From positions 7,027 to 71,026 of the forward strand of contig JAILLW010000044.1 in the NCBI GenBank assembly GCA_024692955.1: a DNA stretch of 64,000 nt. Reading direction: 5' to 3'. Position 1 is the first letter of the stretch. Every line of letters starts with the position of its first letter. Of the stretch, positions 34,689 through 44,624 are shown one piece after another. Position numbers and translations under genes: made by a program. Below the pieces are notes generated by a model. It searched no databases and was not told the origin of the DNA. It saw only the letters and a program-made list of their open reading frames with translations. Origin of the DNA: Lachnospiraceae bacterium. GTDB taxonomy: Bacteria > Bacillota > Clostridia > Lachnospirales > Lachnospiraceae.

Positions 34689-34717
34689 ATGATACAATAA
34701 TAATTGTTATTTTGCAA
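34689..34717 (-). promoter_or_regulatory. Candidate sigma-A promoter TTGCAA-17-TATCAT driving the ribozyme-led operon
   Basis: Read on the minus strand: -35 at 34717-34712 and -10 at 34694-34689, with TG just upstream of the -10. About 45 nt upstream of the ribozyme cleavage site. Confidence 0.5.
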
Positions 34718-34722
34718 GTGCT

Positions 34723-36132
34723 TCAGTATGCGTTCTTGTTGATGAACCCGCGGAAGAAAGTCAGAAACATGATCTTCAGATCCCATGCATAATTCCAGTT
34801 TTCGATATAGTAAAGATCATACTCCACCCTTTTACGGATCGAAGTATTTCCGCGGTAGCCGTTGATCTGCGCCCATCCGGTGAGTCCGGGGCGGACAAGA
34901 TGCTTGATGTTGTAGCGCGGGATCTCTTCCTTGAATTCCTCAACGAACTGCGGTCTCTCCGGGCGCGGCCCCACCAGAGACATCTCGCCGATGAGGATAT
35001 TGAAAAGCTGGGGAAGCTCATCCAGTGAGGTCTTTCGCATAAAACGTCCGGCTTTCGTCACCCGGGGATCGTCCTTCGTGGTCCAGGCCTTTTCCTCCTC
35101 GGCCGACTTCTGGATCTTCATTGTCCGGAACTTATACATCATAAAGGGCTTGTTGTGGAGCCCGATCCGCTCCTGTTTGAAGATCACGGGGCCTTCGCTG
35201 GAAGCCTTGACCGCGATGGCACAGGCCAGCATGATGGGGGATGTGATGATGATCCCCGCAAGGGCGCCGATGATATCCGTCATCCGCTTCATGAACAGGT
35301 TCACCGCGTTGTTCAGAGGAACATAGCGGATATTGATGACCGGGAGCCCGAGCACGTCCTCCGTATAGGGACGGGAGGGCACGAGGGAGCTGTAGTCCGG
35401 AATGAATTTCGTATGCACACCGAACTTTTCGCAAAGATCCACGATCCCTTCCAGTTTGTCATAATCCTTAAGGGCCAGAGTGATGGCCACCTCGTCCAGT
35501 TTGTTTTCCGGCAATATATAACGCACGTTATCTATGCTGCCTACCACCTTGACGCCCTTATAGACAGTGCCCCGGGGGATTGTATCGTCCAGGATCCCGC
35601 GGACGGAATAGCCCCACTGGGGATTCTGATTGATCCTCGTGATATATTCCTCCGCCGCCCTCGAATAGCCGATGAGCAACACATGCTTGACATTGTAGCC
35701 CTTTCTGCGGATGAACTGGAGCATATTCCGGATCACGGTGCGTACCAGCGTGGTCAGCAGGATATTGATGATAAAGAAGATCCCCAGCATGGGACGGGAC
35801 ATATCGTCCAGCTTGATGATGTAGAGTACCACGAAGACAAGGAGCAGCCCCACCGTGTTCGCCTTCAGGATCGCGAAGATTTCGTAGCGGCGCATGGTGG
35901 CACGCTTCGCGGCGTACATATTGAACATGTAATAGAGGATGATATAGGCGGGAACAAGGAACCAGAGCGCCCTGAAATAGATCTCCCTCTCAAGCACGCC
36001 CACTACGGAGCCTTTGGTATAAAGCCCCGTTCCGAACCAGACATACCACGCAAGAAGATAGGACACCACGATCACGATGGCGTCCAGTACCAGATGCAGA
36101 CGGTTCAGGATCTTCTGATTATCCTTGATCAT
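34723..36132 (-). CDS. Polyprenyl-phosphate glycosyl-1-phosphate transferase (WcaJ/EpsL-type priming sugar transferase)
   Basis: 469 aa. N-terminal TM helices, then PVIFKQERIGLHNKPFMMYKFRTMK...DDPRVTKAGRFMRKTSLDELPQLFNILIGEMSLVGPRPERP. Confidence 0.9.
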   Translation of the reverse strand: MIKDNQKILNRLHLVLDAIVIVVSYLLAWYVWFGTGLYTKGSVVGVLEREIYFRALWFLVPAYIILYYMFNMYAAKRATMRRYEIFAILKANTVGLLLVFVVLYIIKLDDMSRPMLGIFFIINILLTTLVRTVIRNMLQFIRRKGYNVKHVLLIGYSRAAEEYITRINQNPQWGYSVRGILDDTIPRGTVYKGVKVVGSIDNVRYILPENKLDEVAITLALKDYDKLEGIVDLCEKFGVHTKFIPDYSSLVPSRPYTEDVLGLPVINIRYVPLNNAVNLFMKRMTDIIGALAGIIITSPIMLACAIAVKASSEGPVIFKQERIGLHNKPFMMYKFRTMKIQKSAEEEKAWTTKDDPRVTKAGRFMRKTSLDELPQLFNILIGEMSLVGPRPERPQFVEEFKEEIPRYNIKHLVRPGLTGWAQINGYRGNTSIRKRVEYDLYYIENWNYAWDLKIMFLTFFRGFINKNAY

Positions 36133-36159
36133 TCGCTGTCCCAGCCTTAAGTATCAGTG

Positions 36160-37137
36160 TCAAGCCGCAAGGAACCGGATCAGGTTCAGATACAGCATAA
36201 GCTGGATCGCGGCATAGGTTTTCAGTCTTTCTTTTCTGAATCTTATTTTATGTCTGCGCCCGCCTTTTGTAAAGCAGAGGGCGAAGCCTTCCCTCAGTCC
36301 TTTCAGATAGCTTCCGCCCAGTCCTTTCCTTATAAAAAAGAACGTCTTAATAAGGAAACCGGGGATCAGGAAGGGGAGGTTCAGGAGGATCTGGAACGCC
36401 GGCATGTTCTTGTAGATAAGATAGATATTGTTTCTCGCGGAAAGACGCACCTTGAAATCATTGTAACGTGAACCGGAGGATGCGCTTCCTTCATGGAGCA
36501 CGACGGCATCCTTGATCACATAGTTCTCATAGCCGCGGATCCTGGCCCGGTAGCCGATATCCACGTCCTCAAGATATGCAAAATGTCCTTCATCGAACCA
36601 GCCGATCTCATCCAGGATCTTTCTGCTGTAAAGAGCAGCTCCGGCGCAGGAGGAAAAGATCCTTCTCCTTGAGGTATAGCGTTCAAAGTCAGCGGCATCC
36701 CGGTCCTTTCCGAGCGCAAACGCCCAGCCGGCCGCGCAGTAGAAATCTCCTGCGGAATCCACTCGCTTTTCATCCGACATCCGGAGCATCAGTGCCTGAC
36801 AGGAAAAGGTCCGGGGATTCTTCCTCATTTCCTTAAGGAGCCTCCTTATGGTATCGGGGCGGACCAGAGTGTCATTGTTAAGAAGAAAGATATAGGGTGC
36901 CTCCGAAAGCGCGATCCCCGCGTTTACCGCGGCGGAAAAGCCTTTGTTTTCCGGAAAGCAGACCAGTTTCACCGAGGGAAATTCCTTCCGGACGAGTTCT
37001 TCCGAGCCGTCCGTGGAGCCGTTGTCGACCACAATGATCTCCGCCTCCGTATCGGAAGCGAGCACACTCTTCAGACAGTTTTCAAGATAGCGGATCCCGT
37101 TCCAGTTCGGGATCACCACGGTTACGGCTTTCTGCAT
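36160..37137 (-). CDS. Glycosyltransferase family 2
   Basis: 325 aa. Reads VTVVIPNWNGIRYLENCL...IIVVDNGSTDGS...LLNNDTLV. Confidence 0.85.
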   Translation of the reverse strand: MQKAVTVVIPNWNGIRYLENCLKSVLASDTEAEIIVVDNGSTDGSEELVRKEFPSVKLVCFPENKGFSAAVNAGIALSEAPYIFLLNNDTLVRPDTIRRLLKEMRKNPRTFSCQALMLRMSDEKRVDSAGDFYCAAGWAFALGKDRDAADFERYTSRRRIFSSCAGAALYSRKILDEIGWFDEGHFAYLEDVDIGYRARIRGYENYVIKDAVVLHEGSASSGSRYNDFKVRLSARNNIYLIYKNMPAFQILLNLPFLIPGFLIKTFFFIRKGLGGSYLKGLREGFALCFTKGGRRHKIRFRKERLKTYAAIQLMLYLNLIRFLAA

Positions 37138-38555
37138 AGGATCATCTCCGGATCATAAATAAAATGACAGCCTTTTTCTCTCATTATATCACAAAAGCGA
37201 AAGCTTAAGAGCCTCCGGTCAAGAGGAGCGCACGAGCGGGAATTCTCCTCTTTCAGGGTCTTCAGGATCTTCGCCGCCTGATGAATATCCTTCCCCTCTT
37301 CCGGAAAGCACATGCATTCGGTATCCAGGTAAGGAACCTCCATCTTGCAGGCTGCCCGGTGGAGATAGCCTCCGGAATGGCGTTCATCAAGTCCTTCAAA
37401 GAGCAGCTTTTTGTTTTCATTATAGGCGCCGCCGGCAACCTTCCCGTCCCGGTCAAGGATCCTTCCGCCCACTGCGCAGATATCGGACCGGTAGGTAAAG
37501 ACGTCCGGCCGGTATTCCACATCGAAGAAACCCATATGCGGAGTTCTCCGGACAATGATCGCGGGAGTGCATCCGGCAGGGGTCTTCCTTCCGGTTTCCG
37601 TGATCACCTCCGCACCCTTCGCGAAAGTGGTCCGGATAAAATCCGCTACGGCTTCCTGCCCCCTGTCGTAGGCATAGGACTTGCTCTTCGGATTCGCTGC
37701 AGTGGAGGCGTCATGGCATCTCCAGTGATAGAGGACCTTTCCGATATGAAAGATCTCTTTTTCATACCCTGCCCCGGAACGTTCCATCAGGGTATGCACC
37801 GTCCTCAGGATCAGATCATGATCCTGGGCTCCGTCAAACTCCTTTCGAAGCTTCATTTCCTTCAGAAGTCCCGTCTCCAGCACCAGAAAATGACAGATGT
37901 AATTATTCGACAAAATTAAATCGAGATTGAATTTCGGCTTTTCGTTGATTTCGAAGAAATCCTTATTTTCCGAGTCTGTTTTGTCTTCGTCGGAGTATAA
38001 CGCCTGTAATTTTATACCCTCGTTCTTCGCTTTTTCGATGGCCTTTGCCATCTCGTAAAGGGCATCCACCGTCAGCAGGTCGTCATGATCGAGAAGACCC
38101 GTATAATCGCCGGTGCAAAAGGCAAGTCCTCCGTTGGTATTCTCCGAGATCCCCCCGTTTTCCGGAAGTTTCACATAGCGGATCCGGATGTCATCATAGG
38201 ATCCGGCAATATTCTTGACCGTATCGGTCAAAGACGCGTCCGCAATGATAAGCTCCCACTTCGGATAGGTCTGTTCCCGTACGGAATCGATCATCTCCCG
38301 CAGATAGGTCTCCGGAGTTTCAAAGGCGGGCACAAGGATACTGAAGGCGGTGTGAAAGGAAAGCCCGTCCTCAAGCTGACGGAGCCGCTCCTCCTCCGAT
38401 ACGGGCACATAGGTATAAGGGGGAAGTTTTTTCTTCTCCCAAAGTCTTTCCCGGATGGCATAAAATGTCTCGACCGGTCCGTTTCTTTTCAGATAGTTCA
38501 GTGTTTTTCCTATGTTCCCGTTCATATCAGGATCCTGTCTCTTTCCGGTTTGCAC
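37122..38555 (-). CDS. Glycosyltransferase family 2 (long form)
   Basis: 477 aa. Reads FSILVPAFETPETYLREMIDSVREQTYPKWELIIADAS...GLLDHDDLL. Confidence 0.8.
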   Translation of the reverse strand: MQTGKRQDPDMNGNIGKTLNYLKRNGPVETFYAIRERLWEKKKLPPYTYVPVSEEERLRQLEDGLSFHTAFSILVPAFETPETYLREMIDSVREQTYPKWELIIADASLTDTVKNIAGSYDDIRIRYVKLPENGGISENTNGGLAFCTGDYTGLLDHDDLLTVDALYEMAKAIEKAKNEGIKLQALYSDEDKTDSENKDFFEINEKPKFNLDLILSNNYICHFLVLETGLLKEMKLRKEFDGAQDHDLILRTVHTLMERSGAGYEKEIFHIGKVLYHWRCHDASTAANPKSKSYAYDRGQEAVADFIRTTFAKGAEVITETGRKTPAGCTPAIIVRRTPHMGFFDVEYRPDVFTYRSDICAVGGRILDRDGKVAGGAYNENKKLLFEGLDERHSGGYLHRAACKMEVPYLDTECMCFPEEGKDIHQAAKILKTLKEENSRSCAPLDRRLLSFRFCDIMREKGCHFIYDPEMILCRKP

Positions 38556-38587
38556 CCCGGGCTGTTTATCCTGAAGCAGACCTCCGG

Positions 38588-40309
38588 TCAGGCTATCTTC
38601 TTTACCGCTTCCGTCAGATTCTCCAGTCTTTTTTCGCCGTCTTCAAGGGAAGTTCCCCGGACACCCATATAAAACTTGATCTTCGGTTCCGTTCCGGAAG
38701 GCCGGACGCAGCACCAGGCATCCTCTTCAAGGTCAAAATAGAGCACGTTCGATACCGGAAGATCCGTATCCTTTTCACTGCCGTCCGAAAGATCCAGGAT
38801 CTTTCCCGTCTGATAATCCCGGAGAGAGAGCACCTTCAGGCCCCCGATCGTCCTGGGCGGATCCTTCCGGAGCTTTTCGAGGATCCCGCGGATCTTTTCC
38901 GCCCCGTCGATCCCCTTCAGGGTGATGGTATACTGGCCTTCCCGGTAGTAACCGTACTTTTCATACAGCGCGATCATCCGGTCCCAGAGGGTTTTCCCCT
39001 CTGCCTTCGCATGGCAGGCCGCCTCGCAAAGGCACATCACCGCGACCACGGCATCCTTGTCCCTCGCGTGGGTCCCCGCCAGGCATCCGTAGGATTCCTC
39101 AAGGCCGAAGACGTAATGATAAGTATCCTGCTCTTCGAAGAATTTGATCTGCTCCCCGATGTACTTAAAGCCCGTCAGCACTTCGATAAAGGTAAGCCCG
39201 TAGTCCTTCGCGACGGCCCTTGCCATATTCGTGGTAACGATGGTGGTAACAAGAGCCGGTGCCTCCGGCATGGTCTTTGTAAGAGTGCGCTCCCTCAGGA
39301 TATAGTCCGCGATGACCATCCCGGACATATTGCCGGTAAAAGGCATATATTCACCCGTATTCCGGTCAAGGGCGTAGATCCCCAGCCGGTCCGCGTCCGG
39401 ATCCGTGGCGAGCACAAGGTCCGCTCCCTTTTCCCGGGCCAGCTCAAGCGCAAGGGTAAAAGCCTTCGGATCCTCCGGATTCGGATAGGCAAGCGTCGTG
39501 AAATCCGGATCGGGCTCTTCCTGCTCAGGTACCACATACACCTTCGTGAACCCGAGTTCCGAAAGGATTCTTCGAACCGGCATGTTTCCGGCCCCGTGGA
39601 AGGGCGAATAGACGATCTTCAGTTCCTTCGCCTCTTTTTCGATCACTTCCGGATGGATGATCTGCTTTTTGAGTTCCTCCATATACCGGTCGTCGATCTC
39701 TTTTCCGATCACCAGATAAAGGCCTTTTCGGACCGCCTCGTCCCTGTCCATGGTCTTTGCGGCCTCGAAGCCGTCCACCGCCTTCACTTCCCGGATGATC
39801 TCGTCCGCGGTGGGAGAGGTCACCTGCGCGCCGTCCTCCCAGTAGACCTTGTAGCCGTTGTATTCCGGCGGATTATGGGAAGCCGTGATAACGATCCCCG
39901 CGGCCGCGTGAAGTTCTCTTAAGGCGAAAGAAAGCTCAGGTGTGGGGCGAAGGGCATCAAATACATAAGCCTTTATCCCGTTGGCATTGAGGCAAAGGGC
40001 CGCCACATCCGCGAATTCCGGGCTCATTCGCCGAGAATCAAAGGCGATCGCCACGCCTCTTCCTTCCATTCCCTTCTTCCTGATATACTCCGCAAGTCCC
40101 TGGGTGGCTTTTCTCACGGTATAGATATTCATCCGGTTCGTTCCGGCGCCCAGCACGCCGCGGAGGCCTCCCGTCCCGAATTCCAGTTCCCGGTAGAAAC
40201 GGTCTTCGATCTCCCTTTCATCTCCCTCGATGGATCTTAATTCCGCTTTGGTATCTTCATCAAAAAGGGGAGACGAAAGCCAGTGTTCATAGTTTTCACG
40301 ATAATTCAT
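38588..40309 (-). CDS. Phospho-sugar mutase (phosphoglucomutase/phosphomannomutase, PgcA-like)
   Basis: I chose the start at MNYRENYEHWL (ATG 40309), which shares one nucleotide with the TGA of the upstream gene (TGATG). Motifs ITASHNPPEYNGYK, ATDPDADR and GLEESYG. Confidence 0.85.
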   Translation of the reverse strand: MNYRENYEHWLSSPLFDEDTKAELRSIEGDEREIEDRFYRELEFGTGGLRGVLGAGTNRMNIYTVRKATQGLAEYIRKKGMEGRGVAIAFDSRRMSPEFADVAALCLNANGIKAYVFDALRPTPELSFALRELHAAAGIVITASHNPPEYNGYKVYWEDGAQVTSPTADEIIREVKAVDGFEAAKTMDRDEAVRKGLYLVIGKEIDDRYMEELKKQIIHPEVIEKEAKELKIVYSPFHGAGNMPVRRILSELGFTKVYVVPEQEEPDPDFTTLAYPNPEDPKAFTLALELAREKGADLVLATDPDADRLGIYALDRNTGEYMPFTGNMSGMVIADYILRERTLTKTMPEAPALVTTIVTTNMARAVAKDYGLTFIEVLTGFKYIGEQIKFFEEQDTYHYVFGLEESYGCLAGTHARDKDAVVAVMCLCEAACHAKAEGKTLWDRMIALYEKYGYYREGQYTITLKGIDGAEKIRGILEKLRKDPPRTIGGLKVLSLRDYQTGKILDLSDGSEKDTDLPVSNVLYFDLEEDAWCCVRPSGTEPKIKFYMGVRGTSLEDGEKRLENLTEAVKKIA

Positions 40310-42321
40310 CAGATTTCTCCTTCCTCGGGCAGTTTCAGCGAAAAGTCGCTCCTGTCCAGCGAAAAATTCGGATTGTAATACGGATCGCCCGCATCGAGCA
40401 CTGCCTTCCATTTCTTCCGGAAATACTCCGATTCCCGGTTATATCGCTCCGCGTTTTCCCCGGAAAGATCCGTCCCCCGGGATGCCGATTCATAATGATA
40501 AAGCTCCGCGAATGGCGTAAATACGTTCAGATATCCGAGTTCCCGGAGCCGCAGGCAGAAATCCACATCATTGAGCGAGACCGCGAAGTCCTCCCCGAGA
40601 CCGCCCGCCTCTTCGAAAAGGCTTCGTTTCACCATCAGGCAGGCGCCCGTCACTGCGGATACGTCCTGGGCATAGCAGAGCCGCCCCATATAGCCCAGGT
40701 TTTCCCTGTGCTGGCGGTAATGGGAATGTCCCGCCGTCCTGTGTGCTCCGAGTCCCAGTACCACGCCCGCATGCTGGATCGTCTTGTCCGGATAATATAA
40801 CTTCGCGCCGACACAGGCCACATCCTTTCTTTGGGCATACATCAGCATTTCCTCGATCCAGTTGACCGTGATGACCTCCGTATCGTTGTTAAGGAGGAGC
40901 AGATACTCCCCTGTGGCGGCCTTTGCCCCGAAATTGTTCACCTTCGAATAGTTAAAGGGTTCCTTCTTTCCGGAAGATCCGTCTTCTTCCGGCTTATAGG
41001 TAACGATCGTTATTTTATCATTTTCCGAAAGCTGCTTATAGTACTCAAAAATCTTTTCCTCTCTGCTGTTGTTCTCCACGATGACGATCTCGAAATTGTC
41101 ATAGGTGGACTTCTCCAGGATTGACGTAACGCAGCGGGAAAGATCCTCGAAATGATCCCGGTTCGGGATGATGATCGAGACCTTCGGGTTCCCTTCGATC
41201 TCATAGCGGATCTTGAAGATCGTCTCAAATGCCCTTGTGGATGTGATCCTGAAATGCTTATAGCCGTGCCTTCGAAGATGGTCCGCCACGGCACCCCTTG
41301 CCGCCTCGATGGCATAGGGCTTCGCCTCGATGTTGGAGGCCGTGCTCCCTTCATGGCAGCGCCAGTAGTACATAAGCCGCGGGATATGCACGATCTTTTT
41401 TGCCCGGTCCGTAAGACGCAGGATCATATCATGGTCCTGGCTCCCGTCAAACTGCGGGCGGAAGAGCTCGGTTCCGTCAAGGAGTTCCTTTTTAAAGACA
41501 CTGAAATGGCAGATATAATTGTTCGCCCTCAGATTGTCGATGGCATAATCCGGCTTGAAATGCATGGTCAGCATCCGGTTGATATCCCCGGAGCGGAAGG
41601 TGGTCTCGTCACAGTAAAGATAATCCGCCCCCTGCTCGTTGATCGCCTTTACATACTCATAGAGCACGGAAGGATGCAGCACATCATCATGGTCAAAGAG
41701 TCCGATGTATTCGCCGGTCGCAAGGGTCAGACACTCGTTCGTATTCCCCGAGATCCCGCGGTTTTCCGCAAGCTTCTTGTATACGATGCGGGAAGCGCCC
41801 CGCTTTGCTTCTTCCTTTTCGATATATTCCCGGACGATCCTTCCCACTTCGGGATGGGCATCGTCCGAGCCGTCCGCGAGGCAGAGTTCCCAGTTTCCGT
41901 AGGTCTGGGCAAGAACGGAGTCCGTCATCTCCCGCAAAAAGGGCTCCGGTGTATTATAAAGGGGAACCAGGATGCTGATCTTCGGCATGACCGGAAATAC
42001 GGCTTTGCTCTCGATCTTCCTTTGCTCCTCATCCGGGAAGCTTTCGGTCCCGAAATGCGCCATCGCCTTCTTTTCCCTCTTTTTCTGAGCGATCTTCCGG
42101 AAAACGCCGCCGACGGAGCCCTGGTTCCGGATCCGGTTCACCTGACGGATGCAGAAATGCATCGTGACGCGCAAAGGCTTCGAGGCCTTCCAGAGCGGAT
42201 TGTTCCTGATCCTGTCAAGGCGGAACTTAAGATCATCCGTTTCCGCCTCAAGCTCCGCGACCCGCCCCGCGAGATCCGCGCACTTTAAATGTTCTTCCTC
42301 ATACAGTTCCCGATAATCCAT
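40309..42321 (-). CDS. Dual-domain glycosyltransferase (two GT2 modules) with an N-terminal coiled coil
   Basis: 670 aa. First module ISILVPLYNTPEPFLREMTDSVLAQTYGNWELCLADGSD...FDHDDVL. Second module VSIIIPNRDHFEDLSRCV...IVIVENNS...LLNNDTEV. Confidence 0.8.
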   Translation of the reverse strand: MDYRELYEEEHLKCADLAGRVAELEAETDDLKFRLDRIRNNPLWKASKPLRVTMHFCIRQVNRIRNQGSVGGVFRKIAQKKREKKAMAHFGTESFPDEEQRKIESKAVFPVMPKISILVPLYNTPEPFLREMTDSVLAQTYGNWELCLADGSDDAHPEVGRIVREYIEKEEAKRGASRIVYKKLAENRGISGNTNECLTLATGEYIGLFDHDDVLHPSVLYEYVKAINEQGADYLYCDETTFRSGDINRMLTMHFKPDYAIDNLRANNYICHFSVFKKELLDGTELFRPQFDGSQDHDMILRLTDRAKKIVHIPRLMYYWRCHEGSTASNIEAKPYAIEAARGAVADHLRRHGYKHFRITSTRAFETIFKIRYEIEGNPKVSIIIPNRDHFEDLSRCVTSILEKSTYDNFEIVIVENNSREEKIFEYYKQLSENDKITIVTYKPEEDGSSGKKEPFNYSKVNNFGAKAATGEYLLLLNNDTEVITVNWIEEMLMYAQRKDVACVGAKLYYPDKTIQHAGVVLGLGAHRTAGHSHYRQHRENLGYMGRLCYAQDVSAVTGACLMVKRSLFEEAGGLGEDFAVSLNDVDFCLRLRELGYLNVFTPFAELYHYESASRGTDLSGENAERYNRESEYFRKKWKAVLDAGDPYYNPNFSLDRSDFSLKLPEEGEI

Positions 42322-44575
42322 TCGGTACTACCTCCAGTGTCCAGCTGCTCCGGTTATAGAGCCGCTGTTTCGAAGTCCGGTCCTTCATATACATTCCGAA
42401 ACGGTAGGTCCCCGGGGGCACCGCATCCGGCTTCATCTTTGCCGTGAATCCGGCAAGTTCCGCGTTCACCTGATCCGGAATGTTCTTCGCGATGTCGGGA
42501 CGGTATCCCGATTCCGTCTCAACCCCGTAAAACCGCCCCGTTTCAAGGTTTTCCAGGAAAAGTGTCTTTTCGTAGCAGGCGTTATCTGATCCCGTCACAA
42601 AGGTGTACCCCTGGAAATAATACCCTAAATCCTGATTTAGTGCTTCGGAATCCTCTCCGCGGTATTTTTCTCTCGTCACTCCGTATTTCCATTTGAAAAG
42701 ATCCATTGCGCCTTCCATTCCGACCCTGACGCACTTATCATAACGTGCGCTATTTATTTTCGCCGTTATGTCGGAAACCCGCGCCCAGGGCGCATCCAGC
42801 CGTATCCGGTAGTGATCGGCCGGCAGATATTCCGTCTCCAGCATATCGGTGGTGAGGTTCGGATTGTAGAAAGGATCCCTTCCGTATAACGACTGATGTT
42901 TCTCGTATAAAAGATCCTTCTCCCGGTTTAATCTGGATTGTTTTGCCGTATCCTCGGAATCGTTCCCCCTGCTCAGGGATTCATGGTGGAAAAGGGTCAC
43001 ATCGTTCCTCTGGATATTGTAATAGCCGGCTTCATAGATCCGGAAGCAAAGGTCCACATCATTGAAAGCCACGGCCAGCGCTTCATCAAAGCCGCCCGCT
43101 TCCCGAAAGACGCTCCTTCGGACCATAAGACAGGCACCGGTCACTCCCATCATATCGTGTACGAAACGGTTCCTTCCGTAATAATGATCCTCGGAATCCG
43201 AAAGAAACTGCAGCTTGTGGGCGGGGCCGATCCTGAGGTTCGTGATCCCCGCATGCTGGATCCTGTCGGAATCCGGATAAAGGAGCTTTGCCCCCACCGC
43301 GCCCGCATAGGGGAGGGAGGCTTTCCGGAGGAGTTTTTCCAGCCAGTCCTTTTCCAGGATCTCCATGTCGTCATTCAGAAAAAGAAAGTAATCTCCCTTT
43401 GCCTCTTCGGCTCCCCGGTTGCACATCCGGGAGAAGTTGAATTCCGTTTCTTCATATATATAGGAAGTCCAGGGAAAGGTTTCAAGGATCATTTCGTATT
43501 TTTTCCGGTTATCTTCAGTGCTCCCGTTGTCGACGAGGATGACCTCCATATTGCACCCGGGCGGAATCCTCGTGTTCAGGCGCAAAGTCTTAAGGCATCT
43601 TGAAAAGATCTCCGGATGGTCCTTTGAGGGAATGATCACGGAGATACCGCCGGGAGAAAGGGGGTCCTTCCGGTTCCGGAAGATCCCGAGATCCCTGATC
43701 TTCGGATATCCTTCCTCTGCGGAATGGAAAAGGATCTCCGGAATATGCCTTACAACGGGGCAGGGTCTGTCGATCCCCTTATGCTTTCCGAAGGCTCCCG
43801 AAGTCCGGAGGATCCAGCCGGTAAGCATGTAAAGGATCCGGATGCCCTCTTCTTCTTTTGAAACCGCCGGGCCGCTTTCGGAAGAGCCAGGGCCGGATGA
43901 ATCCTTCAAAGAGGTGCCGGCGTCCTGTTCCTTCATCTCCGGGATCAGGGGCTCAAGCTCCGTAAATGCTTCAAGCAGGGCATCCGTGCGGATGGCGCAA
44001 AGGGCACCGAAATAGAAGCAGGAAAGAAAATCCTCCGGGGCCCAGTCAGGCTTAAACCAGGGTTTTTTTCTGACACCCCCGTTATCCATAACATCTTCAT
44101 CCCCGTAAATCAGGATTAAATCATCCTCATCCATAAAGGCCGAATGGATCTTCCGAAGAGCCGTTTCGCTCAGATCGCCCTCATAATTGACAACGATCAG
44201 CGCCCCGGGTGCCTCCGCTCCGTCCCGGATGGCGGAAAGAACTTTTGTGAGCAGATTTGCGCTGCATACAAGATATTGTGTCTGACAGTTTTTCGGATCA
44301 ATATCTGTGATTATCTCAAATAATTTACATAACGATTCCGTTTTTGCAAGTTCGCCGTCATTTTTATTTCCAGAGGTTGCATATGATAAAAAAGGGGACT
44401 CATTTGTCAGACTTTTCACTTCAGTTCGAAAGTGATCACTTTGCAATTTCCGTTCCGATTCCAAGTTGCGGATCCATATGTTGTAGTCCGTTTTCTTGGA
44501 CTCTAACTCAAAACGGTACTTTTTGACCGCATTTCCAACCAGTAGTTGTTTAATTTTCTTTTTCAGGGAAGTCAC
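42299..44575 (-). CDS. Large glycosyltransferase (GT2 module at aa ~310-560) with unassigned N- and C-terminal domains
   Basis: 758 aa. Reads ISVIIPSKDHPEIFSRCLKTL...VILVDNGS...FLNDDMEI...AFNDVDLCFR. Confidence 0.75.
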   Translation of the reverse strand: MTSLKKKIKQLLVGNAVKKYRFELESKKTDYNIWIRNLESERKLQSDHFRTEVKSLTNESPFLSYATSGNKNDGELAKTESLCKLFEIITDIDPKNCQTQYLVCSANLLTKVLSAIRDGAEAPGALIVVNYEGDLSETALRKIHSAFMDEDDLILIYGDEDVMDNGGVRKKPWFKPDWAPEDFLSCFYFGALCAIRTDALLEAFTELEPLIPEMKEQDAGTSLKDSSGPGSSESGPAVSKEEEGIRILYMLTGWILRTSGAFGKHKGIDRPCPVVRHIPEILFHSAEEGYPKIRDLGIFRNRKDPLSPGGISVIIPSKDHPEIFSRCLKTLRLNTRIPPGCNMEVILVDNGSTEDNRKKYEMILETFPWTSYIYEETEFNFSRMCNRGAEEAKGDYFLFLNDDMEILEKDWLEKLLRKASLPYAGAVGAKLLYPDSDRIQHAGITNLRIGPAHKLQFLSDSEDHYYGRNRFVHDMMGVTGACLMVRRSVFREAGGFDEALAVAFNDVDLCFRIYEAGYYNIQRNDVTLFHHESLSRGNDSEDTAKQSRLNREKDLLYEKHQSLYGRDPFYNPNLTTDMLETEYLPADHYRIRLDAPWARVSDITAKINSARYDKCVRVGMEGAMDLFKWKYGVTREKYRGEDSEALNQDLGYYFQGYTFVTGSDNACYEKTLFLENLETGRFYGVETESGYRPDIAKNIPDQVNAELAGFTAKMKPDAVPPGTYRFGMYMKDRTSKQRLYNRSSWTLEVVPNGLSGTV

Positions 44576-44624
44576 CTTCGTTTTCCTCGAAATGAAAAGT
44601 TAAATCGAAAATATAGGTTTCCGC

